DNA from: Sulfurospirillaceae bacterium
GTDB taxonomy: Bacteria; Campylobacterota; Campylobacteria; Campylobacterales; Sulfurospirillaceae
Assembly (NCBI GenBank): GCA_033723415.1
Contig: JAWVXD010000005.1
Span: 64,001 to 128,000, forward strand
Direction of reading: 5' to 3'
DNA length: 64,000 bases
This document shows, one piece after another, positions 29,935-39,696 of the stretch (its first letter is position 1; every line of letters begins with the position of its first letter). Both the position numbers and the translations under genes were made by a program. Under the pieces are notes generated by a model. It worked only from the letters and a program-made list of their open reading frames with translations, did no database searches and was not told the origin of the DNA.

Positions 29935-30438
29935 ATGAAATTTTTAAAAGACACACCGTTACAAGATAAAATCTTAAATTATATTTTTAAAACATCGAAC
30001 AGACCTGTAAGGTTCAAAGACTTATTGTTGGCAAATGCTTTATTCAATGAAGGAATGCATGTCGATCCTGCAAAGCTTGGCTTTCGTATGATAATAAAAA
30101 ATACATATATCATATATGCTATCTTTTGTCTTATGATACTTATCCCTGTGCTGGTCGTATTACATATCTTCTTCTTAAATATTGATTTTCATATATCTAT
30201 CCTGGGAACTGCACTGGTGACCTCAGCAATTTTTATCGGTTTTCAATATTTTTATTCTTGTGTCAGAGATCAAATGACGTTAAAGATCATAAAAAACTCT
30301 TGGAGCATACATTTTCCATATTTTTCTTATGAAAAGTATAATAAAGAAGTCGAAAAAATCTTCAACGAAGCAATGAAAAAAGAAGTAAAGAAAAACGATC
30401 TACAACAATACGTGATGGATCGACTCTCTTCACTTTAA
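29935..30438 (+). CDS. Hypothetical membrane protein (two TM helices)
   Basis: 167-aa ORF with a central hydrophobic hairpin; upstream extended -10 TGATAAAAT. Confidence 0.7.
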   Translation: MKFLKDTPLQDKILNYIFKTSNRPVRFKDLLLANALFNEGMHVDPAKLGFRMIIKNTYIIYAIFCLMILIPVLVVLHIFFLNIDFHISILGTALVTSAIFIGFQYFYSCVRDQMTLKIIKNSWSIHFPYFSYEKYNKEVEKIFNEAMKKEVKKNDLQQYVMDRLSSL

Positions 30439-33078
30439 TTCTCCCCAGTTTTTGCCTATTTTTACTGAGACTCTTAAAGGAACTTTCAACTCATAGATAT
30501 TTTCCATGATATCTTTTGCTTTTTTTGAAAATTCATCTACCAGCTCATCTTTTACTTCAAATATTAATTCATCGTGTATTTGAAGTAAAAGCTTTGAATT
30601 CTCATCCTGAATAGAACTTACGATCTTATTCATAGCCATCTTTATCAAATCTGCCACACTTCCTTGAAATACGGTATTGACAGCTTCTCTTAAATAAGAG
30701 GCATAAAGCATTGCATTTGCATTTTCAAAATCAAAATATCTTCTTCTTTTCAAAATGGTCTGAGAGTATCCTTTTTCTTTTGCTTCTTCTTCAATCTTAT
30801 GCAAAAATTGTTTTACAGTAGGGAAAGATGAAAAATAATTTTCAATATAGACTTTTGCATCTGCTTGGCTAACATGAATAGTTTGTGATAATTTTCTAGG
30901 TCCCATACCATACAGTAAACCAAAATTTATGCTTTTTGCTATACCTCTTTTTTCTTTTGCTTCATCTGAACCGAATATTTTGACTGCTGTTTCATAGTGA
31001 ATGTCTTTTTCATTCAAAAATGCATTTAAAAGAGCCGTATCTCCGCTAAAATGAGCCAATAGTCTCAACTCTATTTGGGAATAATCAATCCCTACAAGAC
31101 TAAATCCTTTTTTTGAGATAAAACCGGTTCGTACTTCCCTGCCTAATTCAGTTTTTACCGGTATATTTTGTAAATTTGGATTTTTAGAACTAAGTCTCCC
31201 CGTTGCAGTTCCAGTTTGCAAGAACGATGTATGAATCCTTGCATTTTTATCTTTTAACCCTAATTTATATAAAGGCTCAATATAAGTTGATTTTAGTTTA
31301 TGTATCTCTCTGTATTCCAATATTTTTGGAATCACTCGGTGTTCGTTTATGAGATTGTTCAAAACTTTTTCATCTGTGCTGTATCCGGTTTTTGTTTTCT
31401 TTGCAGCTTTTAAGCCTAAATCTTCAAATAAAACTTTTCCTAACTGCTGCACTGAATTTATATTAAATTCGCAACCGCAGTCTTCATATATAGCATATTT
31501 TAATTTTTCTATTAATTGCTGAGCATTTTCGAGCAAGACTTTGAGATATCTAACATCAACTCCTATCCCCTCTTTTTCCATTTTCAAAAGTGTAAAGATA
31601 AAAGGAAACTCTAATTTTTTTGCCAAATCTATTAATTCTGGTTCTAGGAAATCTATAATTTTATAATACACTTTTAATGTCATCCAAGCATCTTCACTTG
31701 CATATAACAAAGCAGAATCTATATCTACAGAATCAAATGTTTCACCTTTTTTAACCGTGTCTTTGAATTTGATCATTTTATGATTAAAAAATCTTAATGC
31801 CAAAGCATCCAATCCTATACTTTTTTCAGGATTTAAAAGCCAAGCCAAGATCATTGTATCAGCATAGATATTTATATCTTTAAACTCAAAATTATTTTCT
31901 ATTACAGCTAAATCATATTTTAAATTTTGACCTACTATTCTATGTTTAAAAAGCTTTTCTATCGCAACTTTTGCATCATCTAATTTTACTTGATTCCCGA
32001 CACCGAGATAACTATGAGAGATCGGGATATAATATGCTTCATCCAAATCTACACAAAATGAAAAACCTACGATACGCGCATTATATGCATCTAATGAGTT
32101 AGTCTCAGTATCAAAAGCTATGATCGAATTTTCTTTTATCCCATCAATAACTGAAAAAAGTTTTTCTTTTGTATCAAGCAAAGTTGCCTTAAAAGAAACA
32201 GAATGTTCTTCTTGTTTTTCTTCTTTTACTTTTAATCTAGATAAAATTTGTTTTAATTCATATTTTTCCAATTCGTCAACTATTCCTAATAGCGGTTGCT
32301 CTTGTGGAAAATAAAAAGTTTCAAATCTGTCTTCTACATTTAAGTCATCATGTAATGCTGCTAATTTTTTACTCAAAAATGCATTTTCCTTGCCATCTAG
32401 CAGCATTTGCTTTACTCTAGGGTTCAATACTTTATCTAAATTCTCATATATATCTTCAAGACTTTCAAATTCATCAAAAAGCTTTTTGGCGCCTTTAGGT
32501 CCGATTCCTTTAACTCCAGGAATATTATCGGACACATCCCCGACCAAAGAGAGATACTCTCTTATTCTTTTTGGATATACACCAAACTTTTCATAACACT
32601 TTTCTTCATTTATATCTATTTTTTTAGATGGATCATAAAGAGTTATCATATCATCATCTATCAATTGATATAGATCTTTATCATGACTTACTATTCTCAC
32701 TCTAATATCATGTTTTTTGGCAAATTTGACAGCTGATGCAATCACGTCATCTGCTTCGTAGCCTTCTTCGCCATAGCATTTAAAGCCCATCTTTTCAATC
32801 CAATCAATCGCTACAGGTAGTTGTTTTTTTAGATCTTCCGGTGCTTCAGGTCTATTGGCTTTATAATTTGGATCTATATCATGTCTAAAATTTTTACCTT
32901 TACTATCAAGTGCAAACAATATATAATCACTTCCTAGTTCACTTTTGATCGTATATATAAAATTTGCAAAACCAGTCAAAAGTCCGGTAGGAAAGCCGTT
33001 TTTATTTCGCAAACTTGGGAGAGCGAAATAATTTCTAAAGAAAAAACCAAATGTATCTATAATCGTTAACGTTTTCAA
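30430..33078 (-). CDS. polA: DNA polymerase I
   Basis: 5'-3' exonuclease (YKANR, EADD), 3'-5' exonuclease (FDTET, YASED) and polymerase (DYSQIELR, QIHDE) motifs. Confidence 0.98.
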   Translation of the reverse strand: MKTLTIIDTFGFFFRNYFALPSLRNKNGFPTGLLTGFANFIYTIKSELGSDYILFALDSKGKNFRHDIDPNYKANRPEAPEDLKKQLPVAIDWIEKMGFKCYGEEGYEADDVIASAVKFAKKHDIRVRIVSHDKDLYQLIDDDMITLYDPSKKIDINEEKCYEKFGVYPKRIREYLSLVGDVSDNIPGVKGIGPKGAKKLFDEFESLEDIYENLDKVLNPRVKQMLLDGKENAFLSKKLAALHDDLNVEDRFETFYFPQEQPLLGIVDELEKYELKQILSRLKVKEEKQEEHSVSFKATLLDTKEKLFSVIDGIKENSIIAFDTETNSLDAYNARIVGFSFCVDLDEAYYIPISHSYLGVGNQVKLDDAKVAIEKLFKHRIVGQNLKYDLAVIENNFEFKDINIYADTMILAWLLNPEKSIGLDALALRFFNHKMIKFKDTVKKGETFDSVDIDSALLYASEDAWMTLKVYYKIIDFLEPELIDLAKKLEFPFIFTLLKMEKEGIGVDVRYLKVLLENAQQLIEKLKYAIYEDCGCEFNINSVQQLGKVLFEDLGLKAAKKTKTGYSTDEKVLNNLINEHRVIPKILEYREIHKLKSTYIEPLYKLGLKDKNARIHTSFLQTGTATGRLSSKNPNLQNIPVKTELGREVRTGFISKKGFSLVGIDYSQIELRLLAHFSGDTALLNAFLNEKDIHYETAVKIFGSDEAKEKRGIAKSINFGLLYGMGPRKLSQTIHVSQADAKVYIENYFSSFPTVKQFLHKIEEEAKEKGYSQTILKRRRYFDFENANAMLYASYLREAVNTVFQGSVADLIKMAMNKIVSSIQDENSKLLLQIHDELIFEVKDELVDEFSKKAKDIMENIYELKVPLRVSVKIGKNWGELK

Positions 33079-33875
33079 TTTTTTATCTCTTCTACTGCGT
33101 TTAAAAATTCTTTTACTGACATATTTTCGCTTTCTAGTATTTTACAAGCTCGATTTATACTTGTTTCCGCAAGTGGGTTGTTAATAGGAACGGCTGTTTT
33201 TAATATTTTCAGTACTTTTGCATATTCTCTAAGATCTTCGGCTTCTTCATAATGATCAGAAAACTTGATCATATTTACCATTTTTTCACTAAAACCCCAA
33301 TGCTCAAAGATCTCAGAAGTAACATCTGCTGTAGATGCTCCAACATACATTTTTTCGACACTTGTTACATCATTTGTAGTTTTTATCTCTGAACTAAAAT
33401 GATAAACCTCATCGCTTCTTACGATCTCATCTGCTATAAGGATCTTACCGGTATCTTGAAGAAGGGCTGCTAAAAATAGATCATCAGCCATTGAAGAATT
33501 TATCTTTCGATACCATTTGGCAACAAGCGCACTTTGTATAGTAGATATATGGACAAACTCTTCAGGGGTTACTCCATAAGGTTCCATATCGACATTTAAA
33601 AGTTTTTTCACTGATATACTCGTCACCAGAGATCTCGTAGATGACATGCCGAATAAAGATATAGCTTGCAGAACACTTTTTATCTCACGTTGAAAACTAT
33701 ATAGTGGAGAGTTTGCTATCTTTAGAAGATTAGCAACTAGCATAGGATCTGTTTCTATAACTTTTGCTAATTCATTTATACCGCTATTTGGATTTTCACA
33801 AATTTCGTTGATACTTTGAAAACTTTTTGGTAATGGCGGTAGTGATCTTATACGATCAACTATATCATGTATCAT
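33075..33875 (-). CDS. HDOD domain protein
   Basis: LPPLP, IETDP, LKIANSPLY and ALLQDTGK motifs. Confidence 0.88.
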   Translation of the reverse strand: MIHDIVDRIRSLPPLPKSFQSINEICENPNSGINELAKVIETDPMLVANLLKIANSPLYSFQREIKSVLQAISLFGMSSTRSLVTSISVKKLLNVDMEPYGVTPEEFVHISTIQSALVAKWYRKINSSMADDLFLAALLQDTGKILIADEIVRSDEVYHFSSEIKTTNDVTSVEKMYVGASTADVTSEIFEHWGFSEKMVNMIKFSDHYEEAEDLREYAKVLKILKTAVPINNPLAETSINRACKILESENMSVKEFLNAVEEIKN

Positions 33876-36693
33876 TCTTTTCTCCTAAATCAGTAAATTC
33901 TTTTGCCAAGAACTGACCTGTAAAACTTTTTGTTTTTTTATAATTTTTTGCAAGTTCTCGCGGGCTTCCCAAGGCTACTATCTTTCCACCGTAGTTTCCA
34001 CCCTCAGGTCCCATATCTATCACATAATCACTGTTTTTTATTATATCCATATTGTGCTCAATAACCAAAACACTGTTTCCCAAATCTCTAAGATTGTGCA
34101 AGACTTTTGTCAATCTATCAACATCTGCAAAGTGCAAACCTGTTGTCGGTTCATCCAAAATGTACAAGGTGTTTCCCGTATCTTTTTTGCTGAGCTCTTT
34201 TGAGAGTTTTATTCTTTGTGCTTCACCACCACTGAGTGTGACTGCATTTTGACCCAAAGTAATATAACCTAAACCTACGTCTTTAAGTGTGCTTAGTATC
34301 TGCTCGATCTTTGGAATTGCTTTAAAAAATTCATATGCTTCTTCTACGCTCATATCCAACACATCAGATATAGATTTACCTTTATACTGAATCTCTAATG
34401 TTTGTGCATTATATCTGTGTCCGTTACAAACGTCACATTTTACTAAAATATCAGGCAAGAAGTGCATCTCTATCTTGATTTCACCCTCACCTTGGCACTT
34501 TTCACATCTTCCTCCTTTTACGTTAAAAGAGAATCTGCCTATTTTATAACCTCTTAGTTGCGCTTCTTTTGTTTTTGAGAAAAGCGTTCTGATCTCATCC
34601 ATGACTCCGGTGTACGTAGCAGGATTACTTCTAGGGGTACGCCCTATCGGACTTTGATCAAGATATATAACTTTGTCCAATTGTTCTAATCCAAGACACT
34701 CAACACCTGATACTTTTTTCACTTTTCTGGCATGGTTCAAAAGCTCCTTTGCAACTGGCAGAAGCGTTTGAAGTATCAGCGAGCTTTTACCGCTTCCGCT
34801 GACGCCTGTGATACTGACTAGATTACCAAGCGGGATATTTACATCCAGGTTCTTAATATTATTGATATTTACGTTTTTTAGCTCAAGCCATTTGTCTAGT
34901 TTTGCATTGCTTTTATACTTTATCTCTTTTCTTCCACTTAAGTATAATGCTGTTAGAGTATCGCTCTTTTGCAGTTGTTCATATGTACCTTTAAATATAA
35001 TCTCGCCACCGAATTTTCCGGCTCCAGGTCCTATATCTACGATGTAATCTGCTGCTTCTATCGTCTTCTTGTCATGTTCTACTACAATAACACTATTGCC
35101 CTTGCTTTGTAAGTCTCTCAGCGTCTTAATTAGCTTTAGAGTATCTCTCTCATGCAAGCCTATACTTGGTTCATCAAGAACATACATGACCCCAGTAAGT
35201 CCGCTTCCTATCTGCGAAGCGATTCTTATCCTTTGTGCTTCACCGCCACTGATACTTCTCGCATCTCTGCCTAGTGAAATGTATCCTAAACCTACATTGT
35301 ATAAAAAGTACAATCTCTCTCTAACTTCTTTTAGTATAGGTGCTGCTACCATCTTTTGAGATTCAGACAGATATGAAAAGTTTTCATCATCGTTAAAAAA
35401 TTCTAAAGATTTGTCTATCGGAAGATCTAAGACTGAGCCAATCTTCTCGCCTCCTACTTTAACTGCCAAATGTTCAGGCTTAAGTCTGTGCCCACCGCAG
35501 TTATCACAGATCTTTTCACTCATATATTCATTGACGTCTTTTTCGTCTTTTAGCATATTATAGGCAATCTTGATGATCCCGTCAAAACTTTTTTTAAGTT
35601 TATGTCTTTTCCAGAAAAACACGGCATCATCCACTCCGCCATGTAAGATCGCTTTTTGTTGATGCTCCGCTAAAGAACCATAAGGAACTGTTGTATCTAT
35701 TTTGCTAGCCTCGCAAAAAGCTTTTAGATATTTTGCATAGTATCCTTTATTGAATCCATAAAAAATCTTTATAGCCCCATCATCAATACTCAGATCTTCA
35801 TCTATTATTTTTTTAAGATCAAGCGTATATCTAATACCCAACCCATCACACATTGCACAAGCACCTTTGGGAGAGTTAAAGGAAAAAGATAGCGGCTCAA
35901 GTAGATCAAAACTGATCTTACAATCAAAACAAGCCCGATGTTCACTATAGTGGATAGAAGATGAACCAAGTCCTACTTCTTCATAATTTAAGATCTCTAA
36001 TTCCAGTTCTCCATAACTCTCTTTTAAGCCTTTTTCAACATCACTTGCAATTCTTTGCCTGTTCTCTTCTCGTACGACAACTCTGTCTATCACGACTTTT
36101 ATCGTATGTTTTTTAGTTTTACCCAGATCCAAATCTTCATCTAGTCTTACCATAACGCCATCGATCATAGCTCTTACATAACCTTTATGGCGAAGTGACT
36201 CTATCAGATCGGTAAAAGAACCTTTTTTTTCATTTATGAGAGGAGCTAAGATAACAAGTTTGGAATTCTCAGGCAGTTTCAGTATTTGTTCTATGATATC
36301 AGCACCGCTCATCTGAGATATCGCTTTGCCGCATTTATGACAATATTGTTTCCCGACTCTTGCATATAACAATCTCAGATAATCATAGATCTCTGTAATA
36401 GTACCGACCGTTGATCTTGGATTTTTACTTGTTGTTTTTTGATCGATCGCAATAGCAGGAGTCAACCCTTCTATTTTATCAATATCTGGTTTTCCAATCC
36501 TATCTAAGAACTGTCTTGCATAAGAAGACAGTGACTCTATGTATCTTCTTTGTCCTTCAGCATACAGAGTATCAAAAGCCAGAGTGCTTTTTCCGCTCCC
36601 GCTCAGCCCTGTAAAGACGACTAATTTATTTTTTGGAATTTCCAAATTTATATTTTTGAGATTATGCTCTCTTGCACCATAAATTTTTATCAT
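33865..36693 (-). CDS. uvrA: Excinuclease ABC subunit A
   Basis: GAREHNLKN, two Walker A motifs, two SGGEAQR signatures, zinc fingers. Confidence 0.98.
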   Translation of the reverse strand: MIKIYGAREHNLKNINLEIPKNKLVVFTGLSGSGKSTLAFDTLYAEGQRRYIESLSSYARQFLDRIGKPDIDKIEGLTPAIAIDQKTTSKNPRSTVGTITEIYDYLRLLYARVGKQYCHKCGKAISQMSGADIIEQILKLPENSKLVILAPLINEKKGSFTDLIESLRHKGYVRAMIDGVMVRLDEDLDLGKTKKHTIKVVIDRVVVREENRQRIASDVEKGLKESYGELELEILNYEEVGLGSSSIHYSEHRACFDCKISFDLLEPLSFSFNSPKGACAMCDGLGIRYTLDLKKIIDEDLSIDDGAIKIFYGFNKGYYAKYLKAFCEASKIDTTVPYGSLAEHQQKAILHGGVDDAVFFWKRHKLKKSFDGIIKIAYNMLKDEKDVNEYMSEKICDNCGGHRLKPEHLAVKVGGEKIGSVLDLPIDKSLEFFNDDENFSYLSESQKMVAAPILKEVRERLYFLYNVGLGYISLGRDARSISGGEAQRIRIASQIGSGLTGVMYVLDEPSIGLHERDTLKLIKTLRDLQSKGNSVIVVEHDKKTIEAADYIVDIGPGAGKFGGEIIFKGTYEQLQKSDTLTALYLSGRKEIKYKSNAKLDKWLELKNVNINNIKNLDVNIPLGNLVSITGVSGSGKSSLILQTLLPVAKELLNHARKVKKVSGVECLGLEQLDKVIYLDQSPIGRTPRSNPATYTGVMDEIRTLFSKTKEAQLRGYKIGRFSFNVKGGRCEKCQGEGEIKIEMHFLPDILVKCDVCNGHRYNAQTLEIQYKGKSISDVLDMSVEEAYEFFKAIPKIEQILSTLKDVGLGYITLGQNAVTLSGGEAQRIKLSKELSKKDTGNTLYILDEPTTGLHFADVDRLTKVLHNLRDLGNSVLVIEHNMDIIKNSDYVIDMGPEGGNYGGKIVALGSPRELAKNYKKTKSFTGQFLAKEFTDLGEKNDT

Positions 36694-37430
36694 TAAAAAC
36701 CAATCAATTTATTTACTGTAAGAGCAAGCAAAACAACATATAGAATCATCAATAATTTTTTTTGTAAGTCTCGTTTTACAATATGTGACTGCTTTGCTCC
36801 AAAATATACTCCAACTAGTGAACCTATACCTAAAATAATCCCTGCTCTGTGATCCATTAATCCATGCATAGAAAAACTGATAAGTCCCGAAATCGAGGAA
36901 AATACAACAAAGAATAATGATGTAGAAACTGCTCTTTTAATATCAAAATGTAAAAAACCGACCATGATTGGAGTTAAAAACAATGCTCCACCTATACCGA
37001 TACTAATAGCTGCCATGCCTACAAAAAATCCAATAACAAACAATAAAATCTTGGATTCATTTGGAACGCCTGTTGGTTCTGCCGGAGATCTAAAGAATTT
37101 GTATATTGCAATAACTAAGGCAAAAGCAAAGAAACCGAGTAACGCCCATGAAGGTACCATTGAAACTATATAACCACTGAATTGTGCTCCTATAAAGCCT
37201 CCTGCTCCTAAGGTCAACCCATTTTGAAGACGAAGCATTCTGTTCTTATAGTTTACAAAGGAGCCAAATACTGAGCTAAAAACCATTTGCATGATGGAGA
37301 TACCTATCGCTGCTTTTACACCAAATCCAGAATATATAAGGATAGGTACTAAGATCGTACCGCCTCCAATGCCAAAAAATCCTGATGCGAAGCCTACCGC
37401 TACACCTAAAATACCTAAAATTATAAACAT
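36693..37430 (-). CDS. Sulfite exporter TauE/SafE family membrane protein
   Basis: GFFGIGGGTILVP motif, repeated in the second half (GIGGALFLTP). Confidence 0.88.
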   Translation of the reverse strand: MFIILGILGVAVGFASGFFGIGGGTILVPILIYSGFGVKAAIGISIMQMVFSSVFGSFVNYKNRMLRLQNGLTLGAGGFIGAQFSGYIVSMVPSWALLGFFAFALVIAIYKFFRSPAEPTGVPNESKILLFVIGFFVGMAAISIGIGGALFLTPIMVGFLHFDIKRAVSTSLFFVVFSSISGLISFSMHGLMDHRAGIILGIGSLVGVYFGAKQSHIVKRDLQKKLLMILYVVLLALTVNKLIGF

Positions 37431-37533
37431 ATTACCTACTTTGTGTTAAAATGATATTTTACTTTATTAGCTCTTAATAAACAATTTAAAAAATTTAAAC
37501 TATAATACATCAGTATTTATAAAAAGGAAAATA

Positions 37534-37845
37534 GTGGATCCGGAAGACAAAGAATATTTGGAAAACAAACTACTATCCGGCTATGAGAATCTACTAGATA
37601 TTAGTGTAGATTTTATCGCTGATCTTGGAACCATACACCTAACTATTCAGGATGTATTGAAATTAGAAAAAGGTTCTGTCATTGATCTAAAAAAACCTGC
37701 CGGAGAGAGTGTTGAACTATTTATAAATAAAAAGATTTTTGGCAAGGGAGAGGTCATGGTCTATGAAAAAAATCTCGCTATCAGAATAAATGAAATACTG
37801 GATTCCAAAAGTGTTATACAATATTTTAAAAAAGAAGCTCAATGA
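37534..37845 (+). CDS. fliN: Flagellar motor switch protein FliN
   Basis: SpoA domain LLDISV...LG...GSVI.L...GEV...IRI. Confidence 0.88.
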   Translation: MDPEDKEYLENKLLSGYENLLDISVDFIADLGTIHLTIQDVLKLEKGSVIDLKKPAGESVELFINKKIFGKGEVMVYEKNLAIRINEILDSKSVIQYFKKEAQ

Positions 37846-38696
37846 AGAAAATACTTTTTTTACTAATTTTGACAACATTTACATACGCTACGAATTTACT
37901 AACACACAATATTTACGATAGAGAAGACAGAGTTGATATTATGCTCTCATTTGATTCACCTTATGCCGGTCAGATTTTTCAAGACAAAAGTCAGCATACT
38001 ATCTCTTTAAAGCTAGCAGACTTAAGCTTTAACCAGTCTATCAAAAAAACAATAAACTCAAAAATAATTCAAGCACTATCTATAGTCCCAAACAAGAACA
38101 ATCTTATTATCACACTGACAAGCAAAAAAAGCATTGATGTTATAGCATCAAAAACTACAGATGGTTTTGGACTAAGGATCAGAGCAAAGCTGGCAAAACC
38201 TATAGCTGATTCAACTATAAATGCTTTATCTCAAAATAATACCAATGTTCAAGATATTAAAACTTTTCAAGACAGTAGCTTAATTGATACTAGATATATA
38301 ATCGTAGTCACTTTTTTATTTATTTTACTAATCATCATGATTTGGTTGAAAAGAAGAGTAACAAAAGCTGTACCTGAAAAAAAGCAGAGGTCTTGGCTTT
38401 TCAAAAATATTGTACCAAAATCAGCAGATATCAAAATCATACACAAAAAACCTATTGATCCTAAAAATTCTCTTATTGTACTTGAATATGAAAACAAAAG
38501 ATACCTTGTTATGAGCGGCAACTCAAATGTCTTGCTAGATACCTTTGGTAGTCAAGATTTAGAAAACGGTTCTGATTTTGAACAAGCGTTTGAAGACAAT
38601 AGAAAAAAATTGGATGAATATCTAAAACTTCAAGATAGAAAACTGGAAGATTACAAAGATAAAGCTTCAAATGAATATTTATATGAACAAAATTAA
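37842..38696 (+). CDS. fliO: Campylobacterota-type FliO (large periplasmic N-terminal domain)
   Basis: Signal peptide, RVDIMLSFD, TM helix, KPIDPKNSLIVLEY...YLV; follows fliN. Confidence 0.7.
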   Translation: MKKILFLLILTTFTYATNLLTHNIYDREDRVDIMLSFDSPYAGQIFQDKSQHTISLKLADLSFNQSIKKTINSKIIQALSIVPNKNNLIITLTSKKSIDVIASKTTDGFGLRIRAKLAKPIADSTINALSQNNTNVQDIKTFQDSSLIDTRYIIVVTFLFILLIIMIWLKRRVTKAVPEKKQRSWLFKNIVPKSADIKIIHKKPIDPKNSLIVLEYENKRYLVMSGNSNVLLDTFGSQDLENGSDFEQAFEDNRKKLDEYLKLQDRKLEDYKDKASNEYLYEQN

Positions 38697-39049
38697 TGAA
38701 ATTTAGTGAAAAAGCCTTAAGAGTAAAATACATGAGGCTTTTAGAAAAATTTCTAAAAAGCTGTGAAAATATTCTAAAATTAGAAAATTTCAACTATATC
38801 CTTTTTGAAAAAAAAATTACAAAAATATATACTCAGATTCAAGATCTAAAAGATTTGAGATTGGATTCGACTTATCTAAATTCATTGAAATCATTTACAG
38901 ACCTTGTAATAAGAGTACTAAATAATGAAAATATGTCCAAAGAAGAAAAAAGAATACTACTGCTAAAAGAAGTAAATCAAATCTGCAAGCAAAAAAAAGG
39001 TTCTACTTATAAAAGAGAAAAACACAAAAATGAAAAGTATGATGACTAA
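38696..39049 (+). CDS. Hypothetical basic protein
   Basis: 117-aa ORF coupled to fliO by TAATG. Confidence 0.65.
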   Translation: MKFSEKALRVKYMRLLEKFLKSCENILKLENFNYILFEKKITKIYTQIQDLKDLRLDSTYLNSLKSFTDLVIRVLNNENMSKEEKRILLLKEVNQICKQKKGSTYKREKHKNEKYDD

Positions 39050-39052
39050 ATC

Positions 39053-39105
39053 TTGACACGTTAATTCTTATATGATAATATTTTCATATGAAAAATTTAT
39101 CATAT
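39053..39105 (+). promoter_or_regulatory. Promoter and double ArsR/SmtB-type operator of the copper operon
   Basis: TTGACA (39053), 17 nt, TAATAT (39076) with TGn extension; two overlapping ATATGA-N8-TCATAT boxes (39070-39089, 39086-39105). Confidence 0.8.
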
Positions 39106-39118
39106 TAAGGATATAAAG

Positions 39119-39325
39119 ATGAAAAAAACTTTTAGATCAGACAAAATCAACTGCCAAAACTGTGCAAACATGATAAAAGGATCTCTTGAAGATGACTTTG
39201 GACCAATAGATGTTAATCTTGAGGCAAGTCCAAAAGAAGTTACTGTAGAAATCAAAGATGAAGCTCAAGAAAAGCAATTTAAACAAGAAATGAGTGAAAT
39301 AGGCTTTGATGTTATAGAAGAATAA
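39119..39325 (+). CDS. Heavy-metal-associated (CopZ-like) chaperone
   Basis: 68 aa, INCQNC motif, GF near the C-terminus. Confidence 0.85.
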   Translation: MKKTFRSDKINCQNCANMIKGSLEDDFGPIDVNLEASPKEVTVEIKDEAQEKQFKQEMSEIGFDVIEE

Positions 39326-39327
39326 TC

Positions 39328-39696
39328 ATGAAAGACTCACAAGAGCTAATTCGTTCTTGCTGTGAAGGTATCAGCCATATCCCTGAAATCAAAAAGATTC
39401 TCCCGAATGATGAAGAATTAAAGAGTATGACGTGCATCTTTAAAGCATTGAACGATCCTATGAGGGTAAAAATTTTATTTGCCCTTTTAAAATACGAAAT
39501 ATGCGTAGGAGAACTTGTAAATCTTTTGCAGATCCCCCAGTCTCACGTATCTCATCAACTTAGGATACTCAGAAAATATGATATTGTGACATATCAAAAA
39601 GATAAGAAAATGTCCTTTTACAGAATTAAAAACGAACATGTAAAAGAGTTACTAACAACTGCATTAAAGAGTTTAAAATGTCAAAAGAAAAAATAA
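39328..39696 (+). CDS. ArsR/SmtB family metalloregulator (CadC-like)
   Basis: FKALNDPMRVKIL, EICVGEL and SHVSHQLRILR motifs; N-terminal CC. Confidence 0.92.
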   Translation: MKDSQELIRSCCEGISHIPEIKKILPNDEELKSMTCIFKALNDPMRVKILFALLKYEICVGELVNLLQIPQSHVSHQLRILRKYDIVTYQKDKKMSFYRIKNEHVKELLTTALKSLKCQKKK

